A DNA stretch of 27,077 nt from Rhizodiscina lignyota. Taxonomy: Eukaryota. The position numbers and the translations under genes are program-made. The number at the start of each line of letters is the position of its first letter. The first letter of the stretch is position 1. Under the pieces are notes generated by a model. It had not been told where the DNA came from. It made no database searches and worked only from the letters and a program-made list of their open reading frames with translations. Positions 1 to 12,238 of the stretch are shown here, one piece after another. The DNA is taken from positions 248,001-275,077 of the forward strand of contig ML978141.1 of the NCBI GenBank assembly GCA_010015805.1, given 5' to 3'.

Positions 1-1605
1 CTTGGAGATGGATTTGCCGCGGCATTGCTCGCCGAGCGCGGAAGTCTGTCCGCTATATATAAACATTTTGATATCACTCTCGCTGTATATCGGTTCAATT
101 AAATAGTCTGATCTACCATAACTTACAGGATAAGTTCACATTTAATTATCAACTGTGCGACTGTGCGAGAGTGGATATGCATTTCGAGAAATGACACTAT
201 CGTACCTCCCTTGGGCCGATCTACATATTCATACAACAGGACAATGGAGACTTTCACTATGGAAATCACTCACTTAATACAACAGGAATTGGACCTCTTT
301 CTCAGTTCTTGAGAAGAGTGAACGTGAAGATTAATGCTCGAACATGAGTGCCGCCGTTGAGTGCGATACTCGAATCTATGTTTCTATCGGATGCTCGCCA
401 GCATGAGCTCGTGAAGATACAAACAAATAGTCCATTAAAACAGATATATGATGATGTTTCAGCAGTCGAGGCGCAAGTGTGGTTGTCCATGATGCGCAAA
501 GTACGTTGGCAGCGCTTCGACTGAATAGGAACGTAATGGCGTCGATCTGCCAGAGGCTTCCCCCCAAGAAGCCCTCGTTTCCACGTCGGTGTCACCTAAT
601 GGCTTGGCTACTGAACTGCAGCGGCTGCTGGCTAAGTCGGATGTTGGTGTTCTGAATTGACAGCAGCAGTCTTGCTGGCGAGTCGTGGATTGGTGACTCA
701 TTGCGGTACATGCAGAGTTCGTTTGAATCTCTGGCTCGCATGCCTCAGGTCCTCAAACCTCTCCCGCTGTGCCTCGCCGCGTGCTTCGCCCTCATTCTAT
801 TTCCTCGCTAACCGCAATCCTTCGTTGTTGACAGTCAGAGAATGCTCAGGGCCCGCAGTCGTGGCAAACAATTAAGTTCCACTAGTTACCGGTTTGTGGA
901 AGAACTGATTTTCTCGATAGCGCTGTGGTCCCCGTCTCTTAAGCCTGGTGCTGACCAGAGCGACTGACTGTGATGTTGCAAATCACTGTGTCTCCCTGGA
1001 ACGTGCCAAGTCTGCGTACTGAGCAATTTTGAAGCCTTTGAGAGACGGGCCTTTGCTGAATTGTATCTGAAGAGGATATGACACGTTTGTAACCGGTCCA
1101 CTAGGATAAAAGAATTTACCGAACATTGGATCCGAAGCTGGGCGATGAAGGCGGCAACTGTGATAGGAGTCCGCGCTCCAACCAAAACAATGCAGATTCA
1201 AGAGAGAGCGCATGAGACGAGGAAGGTCCACTAAGATGAGATTGATTGAAAAGCGTAGGTAGTGAAGCCAATGGGAACCGACAGGATAAAACCTTGTCAT
1301 GAAGCCAGTTCGACATTCGCATAGCCCTAAATCAACTTGAAAAGCGGACTGACTTCTCCAGATGTCGCTCATGTAAGCGTATACTGATGCCAGATCCAGG
1401 AACAGAAGTGTAGATTCTTTTCAAGGACGACTTGGTGAAAGCCAAAGCGTGCTTGTCTTGACTGATACTTCCAGTGTTCTGATCAAGCGGTCGTTGACTC
1501 TGAAGCTTCCAAGAATCAATGTTTATGACCATTTACACTCTTGCATTAAGCCCGAGTAAGTTGATAGTCTATGATTGATATTGAAATGCATCAAAAATCG
1601 TCTTA

Positions 1606-2124
1606 CTAGGAGTTCGTGATGCTTTCGTGCGAGTTTCCTTCGGAAGGCGCTTCATACGCGGGATCATTTCTTCCCATCTGGGCTGAGTAGCGTTTAAGAA
1701 CGCCGAGGAATTCCTCATCAAACTCTTCGTACCGGGGCAAGCCATCATCTGGAATCGAATACCATGCGGGTTTCGACTTGACAAAGATGTGCATTCCCAC
1801 TTTCGGTAAGAGTTCTGAACCTTTGGTAATCGTTCCAGCCGCTACGTGAGTCTTGTTGGGATAGCAGTCGTACTGAATTACCAGAGTGCCTCCACACTGC
1901 ACACAGAGCGATCGAGTAGCAATGTTGCTCACTCTGTACTTCGCCGTCGGTCCTTCCCAGACGATGGTGTCTCGTTTGATTCCGGTCCACGCTCCAAAAG
2001 GAGCGCCAGTGACTTGTTGGCAAGTTGTACAGTAGCAAAAGTCGAGATGCTGCGGAAAGCCTGAGCTCTGGAAAGTCACTTCGCCACAAGCACAGCGGCC
2101 TTTGATGATGATGGGTGCTGCCAT
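1606..2124 (-). CDS. GFA / CENP-V (Mss4-like) family zinc-binding protein, 172 aa
   Basis: Intact single-exon ORF with the GFA family pattern GxCxCG (GRCACG), CxCxxC (CYCTTCQ), RxxCxxCG (RSLCVQCG) and the C-terminal HIFVKSKPAWYSIPDDGLPRY motif. Confidence 0.92.
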   Translation of the reverse strand: MAAPIIIKGRCACGEVTFQSSGFPQHLDFCYCTTCQQVTGAPFGAWTGIKRDTIVWEGPTAKYRVSNIATRSLCVQCGGTLVIQYDCYPNKTHVAAGTITKGSELLPKVGMHIFVKSKPAWYSIPDDGLPRYEEFDEEFLGVLKRYSAQMGRNDPAYEAPSEGNSHESITNS

Positions 2125-3247
2125 GACTGTATCGCGTGTACGGGGTGGTTCGAAACTCTGTGCGAGAGAGACGTGAAGAAGTTGGAAGCGCCAAGATGAA
2201 CTAACCGTTTTAAGTTGCTAGCCTCCCTGGTCACTTTTAAGGAACGTTCCCCTTCAACTCTCTTTTGATCTGTTAGCCACACTTTGCAAACACCCCACGA
2301 CCTTGGATTCGCTTCTTCAACCCGTATAGTGCATGCTGCACATCAACCTGGGCGGTGCAATGCACCTTTGACCGCCCACGGGGAGCTGAGACCCCGACGA
2401 TGTCTTCACCGCCCTATCTGCGGCGGCGCGGCCTGTGCATCACTCAGCAGCCACATCTGTGGCTTGTCCAAGGAGCATCGTGTTCGAGCCTCCCAAGGGC
2501 CTCGAATCTTCATCTACAATTAAGCTTCTTCGAAAGAACGCTTATGATTGCTTGAAAGACTATCAAGCCGATGCAGGCGACAGTCAGCAGAATCGCCCAC
2601 GCGCAACAGTTCCGTGATTCAGCAACACATGGGTCAGTGGCCATGAGCTGAAGCAACTGTGCGTTCGACCCGAGAGATATCCTCCACTTGGAATACGCCG
2701 TGGCCATGAATTTACGGCCAGCCAAGCGAAAGAAGCCTCATCGAGGCATCTATTCCCAAGGCTGCATATCCGCTCTGTACGATAGGGCGGAGAGCATGTA
2801 CTTGAAGGTGGCGCCTGTTAGTGGCACAATCTTCATGACGGTCGTTCTGCCCAAGTTAAGACGGTCAAACAAGCAGCTAATTCTCTAGCGTGCGATGAAA
2901 AGCTATCAGTTGGAGCTCGATGTTCGGCACTGCCACTCGCCCTCTATCACGGACAATGACTGTGGTGGTGAACCCTTTACCGCGAGGGGCTTTCTTAACG
3001 ACGCCACTGTTGCGAACAGCCGCATCGTGCAGGTGTCTTCCAACTCCTGCGAATACTTAAATCGCGTCGCGTCTTGCCGAAGATGTTGCCCAAGCACAAT
3101 CATTTCAGTCTCTTTCCTTTCGGTCTCGATTTTCTTCGTCTCCTTGTTTCCTTGATCCATTTTCATTATCGTTTGTCTCTCACCATTTAATCTCAATCCC
3201 TAATCCTCTCATTTGGAACGATCTTGCTTTCAAACTCAGACTGAAAC

Positions 3248-5376
3248 ATGTACATGCCCAGTCAAGATACTGCGCTTCTCGCAGCGCTGGCACTGACCAC
3301 ATTCATTGGGAATGCTGCCGCTGGACCGCTCATTCAAACAGCACAGTTTTATCCCAGGAATGCGACAAATGCTACACACATAACGACCCCAACTCAATCT
3401 GGCATCTCCAACCTTGTTCCGATCCATCCGTCAAGGTCTGGATCTCAACTCAATGTCGCATTGACCAATTCGCAGACATGGCAATGGGGATACACTGCGA
3501 GTATGTTGCTGCCCCTTTATAGATCTACATTGATTTCTGTTACTGACGCAAGTTTCAAGATTCCCCTCCGATGGCGAATGTCACTGGTCACACGAAGAGC
3601 CACAACGAGCGTTACCTCTCTTTGGAGCACTTCGACGGCGCTGTCCACAGCGCAAAGTGTTCAGACTCTGGAATCCACATTCGCTTCGAGGATAAAGACG
3701 CATATCATGAGGCAATGTCATCGTGGGAATGGGTTAACCACTCTGAAGAGCGAAAGATTTACTTTGTCCTCAACGAGCCTGGTTGTGGCCCTGACGATCT
3801 GGACAGACATCCGTATATCGCTTCAAACGTCATGTTTGGCGACGATTTGTCTGTTCAGATTAGTGCAGCAGAATCGAAGTGGACAGAGATCCTTGGGAAC
3901 TATGACATCAGGTACACGACCATGCCAGTCAAGCCATCGCAGTCTTCCGGAATTGGACCGAATTTCTCAAACAGCACGCGTCACAACTTATCCAACAGCA
4001 CACATCAGAACTCCCGCCGTGAGTTTGGAGACATAGCAACTTTCAACGCCAACCCCAGCCTCGCTCATGACTTGACCCACAATATTATTCCCGCGACGGA
4101 CATTGGCGGCGGAGTCACTTTGGAACTGGATTGCGATCCTTGTAGCACGAGTGGAGAACTTGCCATTGAAATCATCGCTAATCCTTTCGATACTCGTGCG
4201 ACAATCACTCAGACTCAGCAAATCGGCGCCGACATTAATCTCAAGCTTTCTGCCAAAGGTGCTCTGACTGATGCACTCAGCAAGAGCTTCCCAATTCTCG
4301 ACATCAGCCTCGATCCTATCCCAGCAGTCGGCGGTATTCTCCAGATTGGGCCCGCCATCATCTTCCAGGCGAATGTTGACATTACCGAGATTGAGGCTGA
4401 AGTGGATGTCATTGTCGGTGGCACCGTCTCCATCGATCCCAACTCGAATGCACAGATCAAATTCCCCAACGTCGGCGCGAGTACCTTTACCGGCTGGGCT
4501 CCGAGCTTCCAGGCTAATACGCCTTCAATCGATGGGTCTGTCTCTGTCCAAGGCGATATTTCTCCGCAAGTCTCCCTCGAATTGGACTTTACGATCCTCG
4601 GTAACGGCCTGGCTGCTGGCATTGCCCTGATTGCTCCCGATCTTCACGTTGAGGCAAGCGTTGCTGCCAGTACTGCTGGAGACGGAAGTGTTTGTGGCAT
4701 TCAAGGTGCCACAGTAGGTGCAAGCCTGGAAGTTGGTGTCCAGGGTGAACTCGATCTCTTTGGCGGCGTCAAGAGCGGAGCCTTTGATCAGAACAACTTG
4801 CCAAACAAGAAGCAACTATTCAGCACTTCAACACAGCTTTTTTCAACCTGCCTGACGGTTGCTGGCTCCCAGTCTACCGATGCTCCAGCTACGACTACCG
4901 GCAGCGACTCATCGGCCACAACCACGGCATCCGCTGCTCCTCTATCGACGCCGCAAATCACTATCACCACATTCGACAATACCTGCTGCAACGGGGCCGG
5001 TGATGCAGTTAGTGGCGCCGACGTCACCTGCGATCCAAGCCAGAACTCGACGAACTCTGTGCCATTCAATGAGGGCCAATGCACGCCAGTCGGTGCTCCA
5101 AATGGCAGCGGCAACCTCAATTCGGGTTCAATGCTCTTCCAAGGTTTCGATACACCAGACCAGAACACCTGCGTCACTCGCTACTACAGCGACAGCGGAT
5201 GCACCACATTCGCCGGTATTTCGCTCGGCGGCGCACAGGTCAATCTCGACCAAGTCTGCGTTCAAGGACCAGACTTTTCGGATGAAGGCTCGGATACTCA
5301 ATTCTTTATTACTAGATGCTTCAGCGGCAATCAGCTCCCAGATGTATCTCAGCTGGGCTTCCCAGTATCAAACTAA
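3248..5376 (+). CDS. Secreted modular protein, ~689 aa (signal peptide; DUF7029/DUF7223-like region; S/T linker; Cys-rich C-terminal domain); exons 3248-3500 and 3560-5376
   Basis: Hydrophobic signal (ALLAALALTTFIGNAAA). Intron 3501-3559 (gtatgt...tactgac...aag) joins the 3248 ORF in frame to the 601-aa ORF. FVLNEPGCG..DRHPY and LELDCDPCSTSG resemble fungal DUF7029/DUF7223 proteins; this family call is from recall. Confidence 0.85.
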
Positions 5377-5809
5377 TCGCCAGCTGGCTGGCATGGATTT
5401 TCAGTGCAGGCGAGAAAGCTGGGCATGTCACGATTCCTTTCACTTTCTCACATTCTTTTCTTCCCATTGCCTTCCTCTTTCCGTCTTGATTCCCACGTCC
5501 ATACCACTCTTTACTGTACCAGCATTCTCAGCATTTCTCAGCGTTCATGCATTGCTAGGCGTTGCGCTTGTAATCATAGATCTTTGTAATTTATACTGTA
5601 TCCATTGCTCATGCTTCCGCTTGTCGCTCGCCAAACATGCCCAAAGTACACTGGTACACCAGCCCGCCTGATTCGCGTCAATGAGCCTGTCTAATCATAT
5701 AGCAAATGCATCAATAATTCATGAAAACCCATTCCCATGAATACTCCTTCGCCATCTAGTACGTACAGATTCAATGATGCCAATCAACGCTATGCAAGCC
5801 CGTCTCGTC

Positions 5810-6205
5810 TCATTTCTGCTGCCCTTTCTCGGAATTGTGACCCAGCTTATCGCTCATCCATCTGAGCACACTGTGCGATTCTTTCGGTTCCGATATTCCC
5901 GTACCTGCCTTCCTGACAGCATCGATGTCGCCAGCGTCCTCCTTCTCCGCCACAAAGTCCATCAACATTGCCATCCGCTCCTCCTGTGTCATCTCATGCT
6001 TCTTCTTTTCTTTCGGAGCCTTTGGCTTGGGCGGCTGTTTGTGATGCGTACTCGAGTGCATGTCCTTCGACGCGGATGCGAAGGTCACGGCAGGCGACGG
6101 GAGCGCAGGAATGGCATCGCTGGAGCCGGGAGCATCTTCGGAGATGGACTCGAGGGGAGATGATCGATATGAGGGTCCTGAGCGATGGGATGGTGTCTGT
6201 GGCAT
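5810..6205 (-). CDS. Small hypothetical protein, 131 aa, low-complexity and charged
   Basis: ATG-started ORF with protein-like composition (S/P-rich N-terminus, K-rich stretch, helical EERMAMLMDFVAE segment). It converges on the upstream gene. No family recognised. Confidence 0.6.
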   Translation of the reverse strand: MPQTPSHRSGPSYRSSPLESISEDAPGSSDAIPALPSPAVTFASASKDMHSSTHHKQPPKPKAPKEKKKHEMTQEERMAMLMDFVAEKEDAGDIDAVRKAGTGISEPKESHSVLRWMSDKLGHNSEKGQQK

Positions 6206-7048
6206 TGTGGAATGGCTAGGCCATATGCCGTGATCGATCGTGTGCTCTGTTATCCAGACTGACGGGAGAAAAGTAGACAGGAAGAAGCTAGCATTTCATG
6301 CCGCTAGCAGCTAGTAGCAGGGTGGAGTGCTAGTGTCCGCCGAGCGGTTAAGCTTTCTATGAGCGATGCTTATAAGTATCAGAGGACTCCTGGACTTTCT
6401 CGCCAGCAGCGGCATCATCGCGGAGGCGTCCGGCGAGGGGCAAAGGCTGTGCGAAAATCTGGGATCGAAATCTTCGGACCCTGCGGGATGTGCTGCACCC
6501 ATCCCACAACCCCATGTGGGCATGCCGCAACGCCGCAATCGTGGATGCTTCTCATACGTCGCATTCTCTTGTCATTGTGTACCTCGAGGGTACAGTGGAG
6601 GCTCGAAAATGGGGTTCAAGGCGTCCCTTTTTCGACCGTCGTGTTGGAGTTTCCAATGGCTGTCTGTCTCCCGCGACGTTGGTACTTACGATCTGCGCCT
6701 CCAAGATGGACGCCGAAATTTGTTTCTTCTGAACCAATGAGCTTTAGGGACCACAAAATCCCATCCAGAAGACAAGGCTGAAGGACAAGGCTGAGGCTGT
6801 ATGCGGCACCAAGGCTGCCAACTTCATCTTCATTAATCGCAATTCATCTCTCAAGCTTTTCTTCAGCAACTGAGTTTTCTACAGTCTCGGCCATGGAAAC
6901 AGGTTGATTCGGACTCCGCAGGGCTCTGATCGACGTCGACGTCTTGTCTGTGTCCCTTGTGAAGAAGCTTGTTCCTCTTTGCAAAGCCCCGAGACTATCA
7001 AAGGCAAACCGCCGCAAGGCTACGTCTTCCCGTTGAATCGATCGAGAA

Positions 7049-9839
7049 ATGGAGGCTATTGCAATCGGCGCAAGCATTATTGCGTTTATCCAGATCACTG
7101 AAAGCGTAATCAAGGTCTGCAAGTACTACATCAGCACATGTGAAGATGCCCCCAGCGACATACGAGGTATTCTGGTCGAACTCAGCTCCCTCAAGGCTGT
7201 TTTGGAGAATCTCGAGTTCCTTTCAACCTCTCACAAGGAGCCTGCGAAGCCGCTCCAGGAGCTCAAGCGTCCTAATGGAGTCCTTGATGAATGCTTACAT
7301 TGTGTCGGAGAGCTTGAGGGTCTTCTGCACACTGAGCAGACCGAGGGTCTACGACGGAAACGGCAGAAGCTTCAACAGGCTTTGGCTTGGCCGCTGAAAG
7401 AGCAAAAAGCTCGGAAATTGCTTGCCCGCATTTCAAACTACAAGTCGATGATCACATTGGCCATATCAGGTGATATTGCGTGAGTCTTCCACTTCCGGCT
7501 GTATGGGCCAACAGAAAGTAACTCAACTAAAATCATGGCGTCTTTAGTCGCGACATTAAGGAGATCAAAACCTCCGTTCGAGAAGTAGAGTCCAGCCTGA
7601 GCGATGCCAAGAAGCAAGAGATCATGAAATGGCTCGAGCATACCAATCCTTCAACACTTCACACTCGCGCATGTAAACTCCGTGAGGAGCACACAGGGCT
7701 CTGGGTGCGACGCTCCACCGAGTGGTCACAATGGATTCATGGTACCTCCGACCGTCGCTTGTTGTGGATCCGTGGTATCCCCGGAGCTGGAAAAACGGTA
7801 CTCGCATCGTTCCTGATTGAGGAGGTGAGACAGTATTGCAATAGGCGTCAGAAGTGCTGCCTTGTGTACTATTACTGCCACTTTACCCACAACCAGGATG
7901 ATGCCGAACCATTCCTCCGATGGGTCCTTAATCTTGTATGCCGATACAACTGGACAATCCCGGACTCGATCCGGAAGCTTTGGGATATGAGTCAAGAGCC
8001 GACGATACCTGAGCTGTTGTCAGCTTTAGAGCGAATGCTTACGAATGTTGATGCCGTGTATATCGTCGTTGACGCGCTTGATGAAAGCATTCCTCGTGCG
8101 GAACTTCTTAAAGTCCTCAAAATTCTAACGATCGACCCACGATTTACGAAAATCAGACTCTTAGCAACAAGTCGCGAATATCTGGATATTGAGACTGCAT
8201 TTTTGAATATTAGTACATCAATATCCATGTCCAACCCTCTCGTACAAGAAGATATTCGAGTTTATGTGCGTTCCACGATAAGGACATCTCGACGATTCTC
8301 GCATTGGCCAGAATCCCTCTTAGGTGAAATTGAGGACGCATTGGCTATTGGTGCCAAAGGGATGTGAGTACAGAAAGCTAAATATCCGAGGGAGTCTATC
8401 CGCTTACTGCAAACAGGTTCCGTTGGGCAGTATGCCAAATCAACATATTAGAGAAGCTCTACCGACCAAGCCGCATCCGGGAGGCTTTGAAGGAGCTGCC
8501 AGAGGACCTGGACGAAACGTATGAGAGGATCTTCTTGACAATACCACAAGCACAGAGAGAGTTCGTGTTTCGTACCCTCGCGATTATTTGCGGACACGAA
8601 GTACTTAAGGCACCTCTAATTAAGCTACCTCTAACCGCTCCCGTCCTTCTCAGCGCCGTACGATTTTCGTATAATAATCACCAGACCGACGGAGAAGAGG
8701 ACTTGTACAACTTCCACATCCTGAGAGATCTCTGTGGATGCCTCGTAACTGTGAACGAAGATTTTACAGATTACCTTTTCAAGTCTGTAATTGATGAAGA
8801 CGACCCAAACATGACCGTCGATTTGGCTCACTACACTGTCCGAGAGTTTCTCTTTTCACCACGGATTGCGAATGGCCCGGCTGCATGCTTCGCGCTCTCT
8901 GATACTAGCGTTTCGAGGATATTTGTGGAGATGGTCCTCCGGAAAGCAATGGATGATTTTGACAGTAAGCCAGAGCCATCAGCATGGAATCTCGAGGAAT
9001 ACTGTCGGCGTCACTGGTTTGATACCCTGAGGACATGGGAGTCAATAATAGCGACTTTAGCGAGAGACTCAGCTCTCCAAGCACTCGTCTGGGATTTCCT
9101 CGACCCTTCTAAGCAGACTGAGCCACGTTATTATAGCGCCATTCAACTGGGATTGATATCCTCCGATGTACCATACTGCTTCAGAGTGGCAAAAGGATAT
9201 CGTGGGAATGGTCAAAGTTCAAAGATTGCCTGTCTTGTGAACTTATTCAATTGGGAACTCAGCCTCCTGGCAAAGGGCTTCTTCGAGACGGTTCTACAAG
9301 AAATTAGCGTTTCAGAGTTGTTGGCACTACGGCTAGACTTTTATTACCAAGGCCACCCCGTGGCCCACGCTATGCCATTGCTGCACACGTTCGACAGTCA
9401 CCACTCTCCAATTTTGAGAGAAGTGATAAGAGTGATCAGGCCAAAGTCAAACGTGATAGAGATACTCTACCTGATGCTTACTGGTATTTTCTACGACTGG
9501 CACCATGAATTCGAATCGTATTCGTCTACGTTTAAGCTTTTTGTTTCGAACCTTCGGGTTGAAGAGCTTTTGGACAATGATTCGTATCACAAAACGCTGC
9601 TACAAGTCGCTGTCGAGGAAGGACTGCCGGAGGCTGTGGAAACTCTTTTACTTGCAGGTGCCGACCCTAATACAGTTGGTTCTGTACATGGCAAAATGAT
9701 GGAGGGTATGAAGAAAGGGTGGGGAACTGCGAGTCCATTGTATATTTGCCAAAATGTCGCGCGAAGTGTCTCCGAAGATGGGCGAAATCAGATGGAGAAA
9801 TCACTTCTTGCACATGGTGCGAGAGAATTCTTAGCATAA
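7049..9839 (+). CDS. NLR-like STAND protein, ~889 aa: HeLo-like fungal N-terminal domain, NACHT NTPase, winged helix, C-terminal ankyrin repeat; exons 7049-7479, 7548-8363, 8417-9839
   Basis: Introns 7480-7547 (gtgagt..aactaa..tag) and 8364-8416 (gtgagt..cag) join three ORFs in frame and restore GMFRWAVCQ. N-terminus MEAIAIGASIIAFIQI...LAWPLKE. Walker A GIPGAGKT (7774-7797), Walker B YIVVDALDE, LPEDLDETYERI, LAHYTVREFL, ankyrin TLLQVAVEEG..EAVETLLLAGADPN. Confidence 0.93.
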
Positions 9840-10008
9840 CGTAACCTCCGTGATGGATGGACAGGAGAAGGAAGTATACACAGCGCTTAACAGGCTATAC
9901 CTGCCTCTAACAGGCTACAGTGTTGGAAAAAGATTTGTACTTTTCGAATAGTCTGACTAATGAGACGATATCGATCATTTCTATGACTACAAGAGACCAT
10001 TCGAACCC

Positions 10009-11579
10009 TCAGTGTACGCAGTTCTTGAAGAAGTCCTGCCCCGGCTTGTCATAAATCAGACCGATCCACAGGAACGAATTGAGGATATCTCGCATCTGAT
10101 CCCACGAGGAAATGCTACACAATTTTATAGTCCGGCGTAGCCAGGTCTTGAGCCACGCAATGTCATCGGGTTCATGAAAGATTGAGGTACCGCCAATCAT
10201 CATTAACCACAGGAACGCTCCTGGTGTTGCGCCGCACCGTAGAGCGTTGAGGCCGGCCAAGGACTTTCGATAGTTGTGAGCGAGACTTGGATCAACGAGC
10301 TTGATATTTTGCCATTGAAGGAAGATCGGACTGCAAAAGGCCACAAGGGCGAGCCGTACAGTTTCATCAAGACTGCCGGCCTTGAATCTGAAGTGGAGGA
10401 GGCGGTACATGATTGACCCCATACTGCTCAGAAAGACCTGATCTACGATCAGATGCATGTCCCTCTCAACTGCGTCATTGACCAGCGAGCAGAATTGCGA
10501 CATTGCGGTCCAGACTGCCGCCAGCTGTGAGTCAAGCCCGTCCAAGAAGATTTGGGTGTCGATTTGGAAATCGTTCGTGATCTTCATTTCGTGGAGTGGT
10601 AAGACGGCTTCCCTTGCTGACGCCAATTTCCAAGGGACGTTATCTGGTGTGAAGAAGATGGGCTTCGAGCTTGTTTGGAGTGCCAACGCAAGGTCACATC
10701 TGTGGTGCTTCTGCATCAGTGACCATGTTTCACGACGACTGGAAATGAGCGCACCGTAATATCAAAATCAGCAGTAAAGAGTTATTCAAGAAGTAGGATA
10801 TGCCTCGCAGAGTGACGATCTTAAGAAGGCCGGTGAGGTGGAGGTGCGCTAATTTATATTCGCCGGTTAATTGCGCGTGGTTGGCCAAATGCATGACAGT
10901 CATGACCGTGGAGTTTGACAGCTTTGCCTCTTCATCGTCGCGCTCAAGTCTCAATCGTAAGTTCCGAACTGCTTTCGAGTATGAAATGAATGCACTTTGC
11001 TGTTTTGTGGAGCTTTGACTTCTTTCGTAAGCAGCGTCATAGTATGTCGATACCATTAGACAAGTTGCGTGGAGGTACGCCGCATCGAATAGCAAGGGCT
11101 CAAAAAATGGTCGTATTCTCCTGTTCGACTCAACTGCAATATACTGGTCCAGTAAGGTCATGGCCCTTGGGAGAGAAGACACAACTAGCGGCGAACATTG
11201 TTAGCTGGAGCTACTAAGCCTTGATTGGATGACCTCTCACATGGCAAGACGTCGGCAATGCTGGCCGTGTCTACTTCATCAGCGTAAGGCACCACCGAAG
11301 CTTTCGTCCAGACTGATTTTGGAATGATGGCGGCGTAATCGCATCTCGTCGTAGTCGAAGCTTGACCCTGCGGCATACCTCCAACTGGGACATTTCGCAA
11401 TCTTCCTCGCGTTTTGACCCGATTTTTGCCCCGCATGACATGGCTTCTATCAGCTTGCGGGTTTTGGGATCTTGTTCTTGCCGGTCTGTCGATATGATGA
11501 AGGGCAATGTGGCTGTTAGAGGGGATGTAAGATGCAATGCATACGCAAGGGAGTTTAATACTATAGAATGCTCTTCTAT
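10009..11579 (-). pseudogene. Fungal-specific transcription-factor-domain gene (Fungal_trans_2-like, RSHVM-type N-terminus) with a 1-bp frameshift and no in-frame ATG
   Basis: Introns 11240-11185 (gtgaga..gctaac..tag) and 10754-10700 (gtgcgc..actgat..cag) join the ORFs 11185-11727, 10730-11182 and 10009-10716 (FDAAYLHA, HLHLTGLLKIVTLRG, RCDLALAL, FLWLMMIG, FLWI). PFIIST..DPKTRKLI and RSHVMRGKNR lie in different frames at 11449-11450. The 5' end is uncertain. Confidence 0.75.
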
Positions 11580-11770
11580 GGCTCGGATTCGGCTTAGGGC
11601 TCAGGCGCGCGGCGGGCCCGGACGGGGGAAAAAAAAGAGCGGGACGGCGAGCGGCGGGCGCAGGCAGCAGAGGGTAGGTCTTATTTACCGAATAGCTCGC
11701 GGCGTGGTAGTATAGTAAGTATGGCAAAGTTGGAGAGGTCGCCGGCGGAGAGGGCGAGGGCGGTAGGGGT

Positions 11771-12238
11771 GAATTATAATACCTACGTGACTACGAGCTA
11801 GGGGTCGAGACGAGAGTACAGCTCGCTGCGCGCGCGCGCGCGCGCGAGAGAGATAGTATATACTATATAATAATTAGAGAGAAGAGTAGAGGAGGGTATT
11901 AGAGTAGCTACGTATACCTCTTTAATTCTTACTTTATTTAAGGCCTTATACTATTTAGTACTACTTTTAAAGTAAAAGTCTAGTACTAAATTATAATACC
12001 TATATAACTATAAGCTAGAGTTAAGAGTATAGCTTACTACGCGCGCGCGCGCGTAAGAGAGAGATAGTATATACTATATAATAATTAAAGAGAAGAGTAA
12101 AAAGTAGGGAAAGGTATAAAGTAGCTATATATACCTTTAAATTTTACTCTATTTAAGGCCTTATACTACCTAACGCTACTTTCGCTACTTATAGAGTAAA
12201 AGGGTAGAAGGCTAGTACTAAATTATAACGCCTACGTA
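11771..12238 (+). repeat. Imperfect tandem repeat, ~2 units of ~215-230 bp, each with a (CG)n tract
   Basis: aattataat/cacc/gcctac/t recurs at ~11772, ~11989 and ~12221. gagagagatagtatatactatataataatta and tatttaaggccttatacta each occur twice. (CG)9 at 11829-11846 and (CG)7 at 12040-12053. Confidence 0.85.

Noticed and set aside
302..1532. Several short overlapping ORFs on both strands
   Set aside because: No recognisable motifs or consistent splice structure; treated as intergenic.
2284..3196. Short ORFs, including the K/E-rich 2906-3196 minus ORF
   Set aside because: They lie in the divergent promoter region. The K/E richness is the antisense reading of a pyrimidine-rich leader upstream of the 3248 gene.
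3988..5671. ORFs overlapping the secreted-protein gene (e.g. 4859-5671 +, 4215-4622 -)
   Set aside because: Alternative-frame or antisense shadows of the real CDS.
6311..6781. Cluster of 60-140 aa ORFs
   Set aside because: Mutually overlapping, with no coding signature or family resemblance.
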